A stretch of DNA of 64,000 nt, from the NCBI RefSeq assembly GCF_036321535.1, contig NC_087436.1:31188001-31252000 (forward strand), given 5' to 3'. The DNA is from Camelus dromedarius (Eukaryota). The translations under genes and the position numbers were made by a program. Within the stretch, counting starts at the first letter, position 1, and every line of letters begins with the position of its first letter. The notes beneath the pieces are model-generated. The model had not been told where the DNA came from, made no database searches, and saw nothing but the letters and a program-made list of their open reading frames with translations. Below, in pieces: positions 11,161 to 24,600 of the stretch.

Positions 11161-14100
11161 ACATTTGGTCACTGAAGAATTATACTTCAATGACCAAATA
11201 TTAAAAGATTTAACTGGCAACAAGACAAAAGAAGTCATGAATAATATTCATCTTATACACTCAGTCTTTGAGATGTCAAGAATTAGCTGAAATGCATTAT
11301 CAGATTGCATAGCATCAGAAGTGAGAATTAAATATGTCTGTTGAGCAAAGTAAAAGCCATTTGGGGAGTAAGAATTTGAGTTTGCCAAGTCTGGAAGGTA
11401 GACTGGGTAAATGAATTTCTGATTTTTGTTTTACATTTACAGTCTATCTCCTTATTTAGCAGGTGTACTCACTGCTCTTGGGATTACATCCCTCATTTAA
11501 AAGCCTCTACTGGGCATACTAGACCCATTTGTGAATAACTTCTTTGAAGTTAAAGCTTTACTTTGAAAAGAGTCTAATTGTCAACTCAGCAACTGGGGAA
11601 AGGGGATTTTATAGCACTTACATACCAGTTTTTAGAGATGTGATCAATATAATTTTTTAAAAGTTACCAATTTAAGTAGAAAGGAACCTTGAAATGTGGC
11701 CAAAAGTCGTGTTTATGTTATTATTATAAGAACTGGATGACATAGAGCAGCTCTTGCTTCTGTTCTAGCTTTCTGGCTTAAACTTCAAGAGATTACCTAA
11801 ATTACAAGTATAACCAGAAAACAGAAAACAAAAATGTCACATGAGCATAACCCAAGGGCAGGTTGCACTAAGCTACCTGTTAAGGAAGATAAAATTAGCT
11901 ACATTAGTTTTTGTAACTTTTACAATATATTACAATCCTATCAAAAAAACAGTGTAAGACCTTGCACTCTTGTGTTATGTCCCTTGAAATTAGTAGGTCA
12001 ACTCTCTCTAAACCAATTCCTCAAAAACTTGTGTCTGATGGGTTTTCAAAATTGCATAGCACTATACTAAAGGATCTGTTTATGTTGAACATTTGAATTC
12101 AAAATTCAAGTTTGAAATTGCAATTGCCTTTTCACTATAATCAACTGGGGCATTTGAAGTGAAGACTCAGCTCAAAAATCAAGGGAAAAAATTTAATTTA
12201 ATTATTATAATGTCCTCTGTAAATATGCCTTGATAACCAAATAAAAATCTGGATCTTTGATTTAATTTAATGTTCAAGAGAGAAAATAAACACAGTTATC
12301 CATTAAGGCTGACCATCACAGTCATTTAAATTCAATATTTAACTCTTAAAGACATTTCTCATTTCCTGTCACTGAGACTGCATTTCCAAAGTACCCATGC
12401 AGGGGTTTTCCTCTACACTAACTACAGCATTAGAAAATTTGAACTGATTAATGACTGATTTCCCACAATCAAAACCTGGAATATCTTGGTTCAATTAAAC
12501 ACTACAGTATAATATGTCATAGTTCAGTTGTTAGGCTGATGGGAACATTAATTCAGTGTTTAATATAATGCCAAATTAACTTTTATAAATTTAAATACTA
12601 TACTCTTAGAAATATTCACCTTAATATCTTGTTAGCATTTTACTACTGCCATATATTTTGCAGATGGTTAAAAGGCATGACATTCCATCTTTTCTCCTTT
12701 GACGAGAAAGATCCAAATTTGTGTTGTGTATCTCCCCAATTCATGACAACTGAATGGCATTATTTCCTTAGAAAAAAATAACAATGAGAAATATTAAGGG
12801 TCTTGCTATCGTATGCTTCTGTATGCCTAGCATGTGAAATACCATGAAAGGCTATAAATTATTGTTATCATATCTAATGATACTGCAAAGCTTAATTACT
12901 GCCATTGATGTGAGCACATAATGCCAGATCATTTTCTCTTTGTCTCTGTTCTCTTTCCATTTAAAGCCTAAGCCATATTGTCCTTTACCCTTTGGCCTCA
13001 ATTTTTTATTTCTGGCTGCAAAATCTGAAGACCTATTTCATAATTTAGATCTGTTCAAAATATTTAAGCTTATTCCAAGGCTTTTTAAATGGCTGATAGG
13101 TTGAAAGAAACTTTTGTCCAAAGTCATTTAAATGCAAAATTTAAAAAAAATGAGTGTACTATTGATTCTCTTAGAATGTCACTTCTAAATGCAAACAAGT
13201 CCTTCATCAAATACTTCCGCATTTCACCATAGATGAATCTTCTAATCGTATACTGACTGGTTTTAATCCTAGTAGTCTTTCCTATGTATATAGTTACATA
13301 TCCATTTTCATATTGTTATAACTTCCTTAGTCTTTCTCCTAAGAATCATGCAATATGACTCTAGATGAATCAATTCACTGTGATTCCCTAATATTAAGCA
13401 TTAGGTTATTCCATTATATCCTTGTTCATGTACAAATGCATACGCTCTTTAAAGAAATCCTGGCAGGTTTCCAGTATAAATTTGTTATTTTTATGATAAT
13501 GTTTCTTAAATGAATATAAACATAAAGCCAGCAATATTTTTTCTAGTGTTAATAGTTCATAGATTAAAGACCCGAAAGTCAAATACAAACACAATAATGT
13601 ATCTAGTAAAATTTAAATTAATAGTAGTAGTTTAATACTTTGGACAACATTATTTGGCTGAAATTAAACGAAGAGCTTCTTTTATATGCTAATTCAATAT
13701 CCTGATGAATCAGTCTGACAATGTACACCAAAATGTGCACCATGAAAATTCTGAAAAAATGTTTAAAATATTATCTCAAAAAGTACTAGGAAAGTACTAT
13801 TACACTTACCGATAATGAACAATTACACACATTAGTACCCACAAAGACGGAATTCATGCAATGCAAAATATGGTACTAAACACTAAAGCCCAGGTCTTCT
13901 AAGCCCAACAAAACTAATACTTCTCTAGTTACTTCTTTTATAAAATTCTTCCTGGAGCTCTTTGGACTTCCTCTGGCTCAAATGCATCGTTCTTATCAAA
14001 TTTGCCTTTCTTCTTTCCTCATTAGCCTGTTACAATTACTCTGTTATGCTATGCTATTTTTGTGGTATTAAATCAAAGTATGAATTGAATGAATAACTTT

Positions 14101-14784
14101 AAAATAAAGCCATAGTCTATGAAGATGACTGCCCATTGTAAATTATTGCCAAAAAGTAAGGTTTTCAAGGAACTTGTTAAAATAATTCCATATGAATACA
14201 ATAGATGTCAAATATGTATTAGCTTTTTAACTCTGGGATATATCAACTAGTGACAGCCAATAATGTCCTTTAATATATAAAAGTAAAAATGCTGTCACTT
14301 CAGGTCACCACGGGGTCCCAATGTAATCATAAACATGAAAGCAAATGCTGGGACTGAACTCAGAGTGGAGTATTTAGTTACAAAGCAGCCATTCACATAT
14401 CAAAATATTCTTATATAAACATTTTAATCAGCATTGAAATGAAAACCCAAATACAAAATTACTTCAGCAAAACTATTTCTCCTATAGCGTAAGTCTTTAT
14501 AATACAAATTGCCCCTAATAAAATAGATTAATTCTGAACTGGAATTTATTTTACAGAGACTGCTTGTTAGTCATTACTTGATAATTGAGAACATCGGTAA
14601 ACCAAACAGGAGTCTGGCTTAGTGACACACAACCACTTTAAGAGGCTGAGTGATCAAACTGTAAATGCATGCTTTTTGTCTGTCTTTGGTGAGTGTTGAC
14701 TGTGCTGTAACAGTAATAACAATGCATTTATGTAATGGTGTATTTATGCCTGTGCTAGTGGTAACTGTAAAAACCCATTACACT

Positions 14785-15538
14785 TTTTAAAATTTTAAAT
14801 TGTTGTTAATACACTTAACAAAAAATTTACCATCTTAACCAATGTTAAGTGCACAACTCAGTAGCATTAATCACACTCACACTGTTGTACAATCAATCTC
14901 CAGAACTCTTTTCACCTTGAAAAACTGAAACTCTATACCCATTAAAAAAACACCCCATTCCTCACTCCTTCAGCCCATGGAAACCACCATTCTATTTAGT
15001 CTCTATGAATTTGACTATACTAGGTACCTTACATAAGTGGAATCACATAGTATTTGTTCTTTAGTGACTAACTTATTTAACTTAGCATAATATTCTTGAG
15101 ATTTATCCATGTTGTAGCATGTGTCAGAATTTCCTTCCTTTTTAAGGCTGAATCACATTTATTTGTATGTACAAGCTACATTTAGCTTTTTCATTCCTCT
15201 GACAAAGGACACTTAGGTTGCTTCTACTTTTTGGCTCTCATGAATAATGCTACTGTGAAAATGGTTGTACAAATATCCTTCCAAGTCCCTGCTTTCAATT
15301 CTTTTGGGACATACCCAGAAGTGGATAAGCTGGATCGTATGGTAATTCTATTTTAATTCTTCTTTTGAGGAATTGCCATACTGTCTTCCATAATGGCTGC
15401 ACCAGTTTTAATTCCCACCAACAGTGCACAAGTGTTCTAACCTCTCCACATCCTCACTAATACCTGTTTGCTGGGTTTGGGGGCTTGGTTTTTTGTTTTT
15501 TTTTTTTTCAATTGTACCCATCCTCATTGTTATGAAAT
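14785..15538 (-). mobile_element. L1MB-like 3' end
   Basis: aaatttaccatcttaacc...ctctatgaatttgact...ataagtggaatcac...catacccagaagtgga...attcccaccaacagtgcacaag. Confidence 0.9.
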
Positions 15539-16275
15539 GAAGTGCCCATTACTTTCTAGCAAATATCTTATTAGGGTTATTTTCAGGATTTTCTTAGTGG
15601 TGTTTAGGTTACTTTTTTTGTCAGTATTGATCAACCAGAATGCTAATTGTAAATTATGACAACAAAATACACTTAGGACCACAAAAAGTACTCTACTTAA
15701 TTCTTAAAAGCTAAACAATTGTACTTCAATTCTTCAGTTCATAATCCTTTTTTCTCATTAAAATTTCTATTACTACTTTGATAATGTGTACTTTCTTAGG
15801 AATGTACTACAGAGTTATGAAAGAATAGACTATTTTTCATTATCTTTGTTCTGCTTATATCCAAAGCATATGAATGAGTGGCTTTTTTCTAATTCAGCTT
15901 CTGCCGTTGATTTGCAGTGTCATCACTTATTAACTATTCCAATACCACCAGAGAGGAAAGTATTAGATTTTCACTTTTTCACAGATAGTTTCGATAAAAT
16001 ATTGCTAAAACTTTCAGAGGAGTTTGGTAAGAGCATGTTGTTATGATTTGCCTTTTTCATTTATGCGCTTACCTCTTTTAACTATTTTGTGGTCATATTT
16101 CTTACATATCTCTGAGTACTGAATATGTGCATGTCTGTGATAGTTAAAAATTTGTTAGACAGGATACATATACACTGTGGTGAAATTAACTGAGAGATGC
16201 TGGACACCAGAATTTTACGTTCTAAAATTTCCACACTTCAGGACTATGGCCCAATTCTAGAAGAGGAAGTGCCCT

Positions 16276-16281
16276 TTTATT
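16276..16281 (-). promoter_or_regulatory. Candidate polyadenylation signal AATAAA
   Basis: Lies 92 nt downstream of the stop codon of the candidate terminal exon. Confidence 0.25.
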
Positions 16282-16373
16282 CCTTCACTGATAGCAACTA
16301 AGCAACTAGTAGAAAGCACGAAGGCCTCCTGTTTCATAAAGTCTCGGGAGCTTTTGCCCCACAGATTTCATCT

Positions 16374-16413
16374 CTATCTGCGCAGAAAAGCATCCTTCTC
16401 AGAGTTGATGAAA
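16374..16413 (-). CDS. Candidate terminal coding exon of an unidentified minus-strand gene ((S)FINSEKDAFLRR*)
   Basis: T-rich acceptor ...tttttactttaag|TTTC. In frame with the 29241-29287 exon. TAG at 16376-16374. A competing AG lies 13 nt upstream. Confidence 0.3.
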
Positions 16414-18200
16414 CTTAAAGTAAAAACTAAAGAAATTAAAATAAAAAGTCATTGCTGGACCAATTATGATCAAGCTAGTATAACTCTATAATGCATTTGA
16501 CAGGGAAGAGAGAAGCCTTTACAATCTCCCCTGTAGATAAACCCTTGGAGAAGTGAATTGCAATGCATGACCAATTATGTATATGTCACTTTGTCAAAGT
16601 TGGGAATAGTTATTTCCCAAATATATGAGAGTTCTGGCAATTATTCTGCTGTATAAAAGTTAATTATTCATAGGCATTGATCATTTCAATCCTATCTTTT
16701 GAAAAGAAATTTGAATCTTTGCTACAACTGCTAAACTTGCAAATTGTTCATTAATTTTGGCCCTGGCTCTAACCTTAAAGCACTAAATATTTTAATACTT
16801 CTTGATAAAAGAATAAATTCCTCTTTCTATTCAAGTGTGCAGTCTGTGGAGTTTCTTGAATAAGCTAAGGAAAACAGTGCATTAAAGGTCAACGGTAAAC
16901 TTATTTGTTACAGCTGACCCTAAATTTTCTTTTACTGGCAACAGTTATATACTGATCCACATTACATATTTGATGGACAAATAAGATCCTTTCCCCAAAG
17001 CCTTAAGATAATGCATGAATCATAATTTTTCATGGTGGTGTTTACCATATCAGAGCTAATAATGATGAATCAGTGTGTAATGTGTTAATGTCATACACTT
17101 TTCCCTAGAATTTCATTCTCATTAAAATAACCTTATAATTTTACCATTCTGCAATACCGATACTTTTCAGTCATTTCCCTTTTAGTTTTACTAATATTTC
17201 ATTTAAAATCATCTTTTCAATAAAATAAAACATGAAGGTTCATGTGTATTCTCCTCATTTTTCTCTCCACTATTTTCTATTTCAGGTCATCTTCTGCTAT
17301 CACCATATTCTCATTAGTACTGAATATAAACATTTTTGTTATTCTGACTCATTACAGACATGTGAACAACCTGCTCAATACAACAGTTTTTCATTGATTG
17401 CCCTCTCTATTCATCAGTTTCTGCTTTTAAGTTTTCTATGCAGCTGGCTTTATATATTTCTTATTCTCCCATAGGTGACTGAAACTATTTTCTGGTTTTA
17501 TTTTTAATGAGGCTGATACCACTCTTCCCAGAGTCTCTTTGACTATACTGCTATGTCAGAAGATATATTCTTTATTATTTCATGCTTTTATTTATACTCA
17601 TTTGTGTTAATTTAATTAGTATAGCTGATACTACTTCATTCCTCTCATTTTATCTGCATGTAAGAATTTTTCTTCTTCTGATCAATTAATATGGCCTACC
17701 TTGTCTATCTATCTGCTTGCAATAAATAGACATAAACATGGGGATAACATATAAAATAATACTTTCTAAATTATATTGTTAATAGATAGTAATAGGACTA
17801 TTATTTAAAAAATTTTAGGCTAGTATTTATAGTCACAGGCTCTTGAAATATTTAGAGCTGGGAGTTGATAGACATCACCTGATGTTATGGATTTAAGGAA
17901 GCCAATTAGTAGTTATATTACTGCACTTCTCAAAAAAAGAATCCATATTTTTTGGAAGGGAAGTTAAAACTCATTTCACCTTTTTACTCAAAAATGATAA
18001 TTAAGAGTGATGAGAAGCTAAAGGGTTTCTACTTTACTTATTACCAGCAGTCCGTTATTAAGTCCAAGCCTTAGCCATTCAATAATAATCCTAGGTAGAC
18101 TCTATGTGCAAACACTTCAGTTTTGGAAAGGGAAAGAAACAAAACCTGCATACACAGTCTGCATACAGCCCCTAGGATGACTAAGGGAAAAGGTCATCCC

Positions 18201-20196
18201 ACAAAAATCAGTCGCATTTCTTTACACTAACGATGAATCAACAGAAAAAGAAAGTAAAGAAACAATCCCCTTTAAAATAGCACCCTAAGTAATAAAATAT
18301 CTGGGAATAAATCTAACCAAGGAGGTGAAAGAATTATACACAGAAAACTATAAACCACTGATGAGGGAAATTAAAGAATACTTTAAAAAATGGAAAGATA
18401 GCCCATGCTCTTGGATTGGAAGAATCAATATTGTTAAAATGGTCACACTGCCCAAGGCAATCTACAGATTTCATGCAATCCCTATCCAATTACCCAGGAC
18501 ATATTTCACAGAACTAGAACAAATCTAATAAAATTTATATGGAACCATCAAAGACCTAGAATTGCCAAAGCATTACTGAAGAGAAAGAAAGAGGCTGGAG
18601 GAATAACTCTCCCAGACTTCAGACAATACTATAGAGCTACAGTCATCAAGACAGCATGGTATTGGCACCAAAACAGACATATAGACCAATGGAACAGAAT
18701 AGAGAGCCCAGAAATGAACCCACAAACGTTTGGTCAACTAATCTTCGACAAAGGAAGCAAGAATATACAATGGAATAAAGACAGTCTCTTCAGCAAATGG
18801 TGTTGGGAAAACTGGACAGCAGCATGTAAAACAATGAAGCTAGAACACTCCCTTACACCATACACAAAAATAAACTCAAAATGGATCAAACACTTAAACA
18901 TAAGACAAGATACAATAAACCTCCTAGAGGAAAACATAGGCAAAACATTATCTGACATACATTTCAAAATTTTTCTCCTAGTAGAAATAAAAGCAAGAAT
19001 AAACAAATGGGACCTAATGAAACTTACAAGCTTATGCACAACAAAGGAAACCATAAGTAAAACAAGAAGACAACCTATGGAATGGGAGAAAATTTTTGCA
19101 AATGAAACTGACAAAGGCTTGATCTCCAGAATATATAAGCAGCTCATATGACTCAATAAGAAAAAAATAAACAACCCAATCCAAAAATGGGCAGAAGACC
19201 TAAACAAACAGTTCTCCAAGGAAGACATACAAATGATCAAAAGGCACATGAAAAAAGGCTCAATATCACTAATTATCAGAGAAATGCAAATCAAAACTAC
19301 AATGAGGTATCACCTCACACCAGTCAGAATGGCCGTCATTCAAAAATCCACAAATGACAAATGCTGGAGAGGCTGTGGAGAAAGGGGAACCCTCCTACAC
19401 TGCTGGTGGGGATGCAGTTTGGTGCAGCCACTATGGAAAACAGTGTGGAGATTCCTCAAAAGACTAGGAATAGACTTACCATATGACCCAGGAATCCCAC
19501 TCCTGGGCTTGTATCCAGAAGGAAATCTACTTCAGGATGACACCTGCACCCCAGTGTTCACAGCAGCACTATTTACAATAGCCAAAACATGGAAACAGCC
19601 TAAATGTCCATCAACAGGTGACTGGATAAAGAAGAGGTGGTATATTTATACAATGGAATACTACTCAGCCATAAAAACCGACAACATTAACGCCATTTGC
19701 AGCAACATGGATGCTCCTGGAGAATGTCATTCTAAGCAAAGTAAGCCAGAAAGAGAAAGAAAAATACCATATGAGATCACTCATATGTGGAATCTAAAAA
19801 ACAAACAAACAAACACAAAGCGTAAATACAGGACAGAAATAGACTCATAGACAGAGAATACAGACTTGTGGTTACCAGGGGGGCGGAGGGTGGGAAGGGA
19901 TAGACTGGGATTTCAAAATTGTAGAATAGATAAACAAGATTATACTGTATAGCACAGGGAAATATACACAAAGCGTTATGGTAGCTCACAGAGAAAAAAA
20001 ATGTGACAATGAGTGTATATATGTCCATGTATGACTGAAAAATTGTGTTGAACACTGCAATTTGACACAACATTGTAAAATGATTATAAATCAATAAAAA
20101 ATGTTAAAAATAAAATAAAATAAAATAAAATAAAATAAAATAAAATAAAATAAAATAAAACAAAATAAAATAAAACAAAATAAAATAAAATAAAAT
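18201..20196 (+). mobile_element. Young 5'-truncated L1 (ORF2 C-terminal part, 3' UTR, (TAAAA)n tail), inactivated
   Basis: ORFs 18325-18528, 18714-19151 and 19233-19850 translate to L1 ORF2p ([44 protein letters not shown]). Frameshifts near 18525 and 19688 and an in-frame TGA at 19149-19151. Natural stop at 19795-19797. AATAAA plus tail. Candidate TSD atcccacaaa at 18196-18205 and 20218-20227. Confidence 0.97.
20105..20195 (+). repeat. (TAAAA)n microsatellite forming the L1 tail
   Basis: Direct inspection. Two CAAAA variant units. Confidence 0.97.
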
Positions 20197-21681
20197 ATTA
20201 ACAACACCAACAACAAAATCCCACAAAGGTAGAGAGCATTCCAAATGCTTCAGTTGCACCTTTATCTTCTCTACCCCATAAATTTCCATTGTTATGACTC
20301 TAGCAACACTTCAGTTCCTAGGTGGTACATTCCAATCTCTGATCACCGCATATCTTTCAAACTTGACTCTGTTGCAGAAAAAGAATCAAATTTTTAGCAT
20401 TCTTGAATCTTGGCTTGAATTTTCTCCTTGATTTTGACTCTTGCAGATTCTTACTAAGTATCTTGGGACCTGATTCTGATCACTCTCTGACTCCTGGCTC
20501 TTCCCCAAATCAGTCTTCTGACTCTGGATTCCCATTCTTATATGTTAGCTCTGGTTTTTAGTCTTTATGAACACAGGATTTATCTTCATATAAATTCAAA
20601 ATTTGCTTGGTCCACATCCAGAAATGGAAAAAAGGTTAATGAGGAAAACGGACAATTTAGTACATGTGTCTACTCTCCTATGTGTGAAAATAATAGAAAA
20701 TAAGAAAACTTTCATTACTTGATGACACAATTCTATTCCTGGAAAATCCATAATATATGAACAAAAAAAACACAATAAAACTAATAAGAGAGTTCTGTAA
20801 GATGGTCTGATACAATACCAACTTACAAAAACAATAGTCTCCTGTATACCTCATCTCTTACACACTCCCTCACAACTAGATACTGTAATATAAAAGAAGA
20901 TCCCACTAACAAACTATGTAAAAAGAAACAAAACCTATGAAAAACAAATAAACCTTGTAAACCTTATAAGAAATATGAATATGTAGAGTGAGAAAACAAG
21001 TAAGTAAGCAAAACTGTACTAAGAGTCAAAAAGAAACACCGAGTAGATTAATTTCTGAATGAAAAATTTCAGTAAAGGTGTTATATGTCCACAAATAAAT
21101 ATACAAATTCAATGTGATATCAATAATCTCAATAAAAAACCTCAAAGGGATTTTTCGTAGAATTTGTAAAGCTGTTAGTAAAGTTTATACTGAACAGCAT
21201 GTGTATGGAAATGGTCAAAGCAATTGTGAAAAAAAAAGAGATAAATAAAACACTAAAAATAGAACTTGCCCAATCAGATATCAAAATATACAATACATAA
21301 TTAAAGTATTGTGATATGAGCACAGTGATGTAAGTATAGATCAATAAACCACAATAAAATTTATGTAGGAATTGTGTATATGACATCAATGACATTCAAA
21401 ATCAATTTGTAAAGGAAATGAACTATTCAAAAAATGGTGAGAGGATAGTTGACTATATTTATTAAAGAATAACACTAAATTCATATCTCATAAAGTAGAT
21501 AAAATAAATGATTAGTACTTAGACACTGCACTTTAAAAGTATTAAAAGGAAATACTGACAAATGTTTTCATAATCTTAAAGTGATCAGGGCTTCATAAGC
21601 AAAACACAGAAGCCATAAAGGAAAAGAATAATAGTTTTGACCACATAAAAACTCTTAAAATTTCAATATTTCAGATGATAT

Positions 21682-24600
21682 CATCTTAGTTTGAATTACT
21701 GGAAAGGAGAGTCTAAGACAAGAATTTCAGTGTAGGTAATTTATTTTGAAAATGATCACAGAGAACAGGAATAAGAAAGAGGGAGAAAGAAAATGAGGGA
21801 AAGTAAATATAAGGGTATGGAATTTTTGGAAGCTGATGTGGTGGGCAATGGAATGTCAATTTCCCATAATACCTCCCTGAATCACTCATGAAAAAGACAG
21901 AAGAATGAGCATTTACATTTACTTTCCTGCCCCACTTTGGTTGAGGGTCACCCTTAGAGCACTAAGTTCCCACATTTCTGGGCATCACTTGCACACTGAC
22001 TGAGTGAGTTCCAAAGACTTCAGAAAGAAGAGAGTAAAGTGCATTTAAGGCCCTACTATGTCCATGTGAGTCCGAGTGTGCACAGAACTTTTCAGCATGC
22101 TATGACTGAAATCTGATGAGGACCAATGGGATGTGACTCAGCACACCAAAGCATCAGCTACAGTCTACTCTTAGCAGCATTCTTATCCATGAGTGCCCCA
22201 CATTAAAACCGCTCTGCCACTACCTTTTCAAACTAGTGATTAGACACATCTTTTAAAAATGCTTGATACAGAAGAGTAAGTGGAGTAAGTCACAGCACCC
22301 AGAGCTACAGCCAAGTAAAGGTCCTTTCTCTACCACCAATTCTAGAATTCTCAGGTTTAAGTCCTAGAGCTCTTGTCAGGGCCTGACAAGGGGAATTACA
22401 AATCATCCATTGATAGTTAGAAGTTTAGTGAAGGTAAAATCCTTACTGTATCCCCAGTAGAAGCTTGGGAACCAAAAGGTCCAATCCATAGACCCTAGAT
22501 TTGTTGCGGGGTGGGGTAGAGCCCAAATTTCTAGAGTGGGCCATTGAAGTCATATTGAGAAGGATTGCTCCTACTTCCTCTCCTTTGTCCTTGAATCCAT
22601 ATATTCTAGCAATTGAAGATACAGCTTCAAATAGCAGATATTTGGTCAAATCATATAATGCATCCTGAAGGACAGCAGTTTAACTTTGTAGGACATCATC
22701 CCAAGCAGCCATAGCTGAGACTTAAATAGACTGTTGCAATGAGTAGGATATACTCATCAGATTGGTCCCAAGGTCGTGTCTAAGGATTTGTTTTGCGGTA
22801 TCCCACATCAGCAAATCTGACATTCTCTAAACTCTCAGGTTATGGTGCTCTATACTGCAGGCAGAGCAGGCAAATTCATATGGGGAGTGAGTGTCAGTTT
22901 TAGTAAGAATGAATGACTGCCCTCATCAGGCTGGAAAGGGGCTTCTGTAACAACCTGACACTAAATGGAGAACTGGTCGGCTTGATAACGTACCATATCA
23001 AGGGCCCAGCATTGATCCCTGCTGCTGATAGATCAGGCATTTAGTAGTGACAGGAGCTACATCATCCTGGCTAAAAGAAAGCCCATGCTGTTGGTTCCAT
23101 GCATGGCCATCATCAGTACCAGCATGGCTATTCATCACGCCCTTATGGTAGGCAAAAGGGTGCCTGGCATACCTCTGTCAGAGGAGGCATCTTCTTCACC
23201 AGTTGTTCAATGTCCCTTCTGAAGTGGATTATTTTCACTGGGCATCATCATGAGACAAACAGAACCTGGACCCATCGCCATGAGTCCATCCACATAGTTC
23301 TTTAAAAAATATCCCTGCCTATGTATTCTAGTCATTCTTCTCCCAAGCCATTCACCAGGGAGTCCATAAACTTTCCCTGTAAAAGGGGCATATAATAAAT
23401 ATTTTAGATTTGGTGAACCATACAATCTCTGTTGCAGCTGTTCAACTCTGCCGTCATAGCACAAAAAAAAGCCATGAATATTACATAAATGAATGTGTGG
23501 CTGTGTTTCAATGAAGTATTATTTATGGACACCAAATTTCAGTTTCATATGATTTTCACACATTATGAAATATTCTTTTTAAACTTTTTCCAACCATTTA
23601 AAAATATAAAACCAATTTTAACTCACAGGCTATATAAAAACAGACACTGAAGCAGACGTGGCTTTCAGCACATCGTTTGCCAACCCCTGCCTTAGACAAA
23701 CAAGTAGAGCCATTTACTGTTGCATGGGAAACCAGTCTTACTTTAGGCCACTTTTCCCTCCATATAAAGTGCAAAACTAGGTATACTGCTCACATTTCTG
23801 CCCGATTAAATAATTTCCTTTCATCAATGTCTTTTAGAACTAACTTAGCGGGCCTGTAGTGCATCAGTATTCCATTTGGCTCATACTAAATTATTAAGCC
23901 AGTCTCTGGGCCAAATTCCTCCTCTACCCCATCAACTAGCTGAAAGGAATGTCCCATGAAGTATAAGCTGGGGAAGAGGCATCGGTTTATCTGTTCTTGA
24001 ACTTGTTTGGGCCAAATCCCTACTATACAATTTCCATCATGCAATAAATTGCTATGTAGCTGCCCAACCTTATGACTTGGTGGATCTGACAAACTCCTCT
24101 ACTAGGTCACTCCAGTCTCATGGTTCTTTGGTGCATCATGGAAAGGCACTCGGTCCCTACAAGGGCTCAGTAGCCTCCCAGAATCTTGTTTTTAAATGGT
24201 AAATGGTTTTCTGCTGCTAAAGACATCATCTTCTTCTAGGTGCCTAGGGGAATGTACAGCAGCTCTCTTAAGGGGCTTTTTACACCTAGCCCCATTGTAT
24301 CTCCTGGGTCATACACCTTGAATGGCAGGTTATACAACAACCTAAACCTAGTAAAGAAGCCTCTCTTTCTCTGGACCTCACACAAAACTAGCATTCTTCT
24401 AAGTAATCAAAAAGCCATTGGAAGCATTATTCCCAAGTATAGTATACATTGCATCCAAAATTCAAATAAGCCAAGTGTACCAAGGCCGCCAAACGATGTT
24501 CATTTTTCTCAGAGTTGAAAGATGTGAGGTGCAATGATTTGTTCTTTACCGGGATGGGACATTTCACAAGTCCCCCAAGCCATCCCCCTGAATTTCATCA

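Noticed and set aside
13406..13594. Protein-like ORF tail (FILETCQDFFKERMHLYMNKDIME*)
   Set aside because: Phase does not fit the exon chain, and I recognise no homology.
18734..19294. 186-aa minus-strand ORF (also 2749-2973 and 19777-20094)
   Set aside because: Antisense frames of L1, a well-known artefact.
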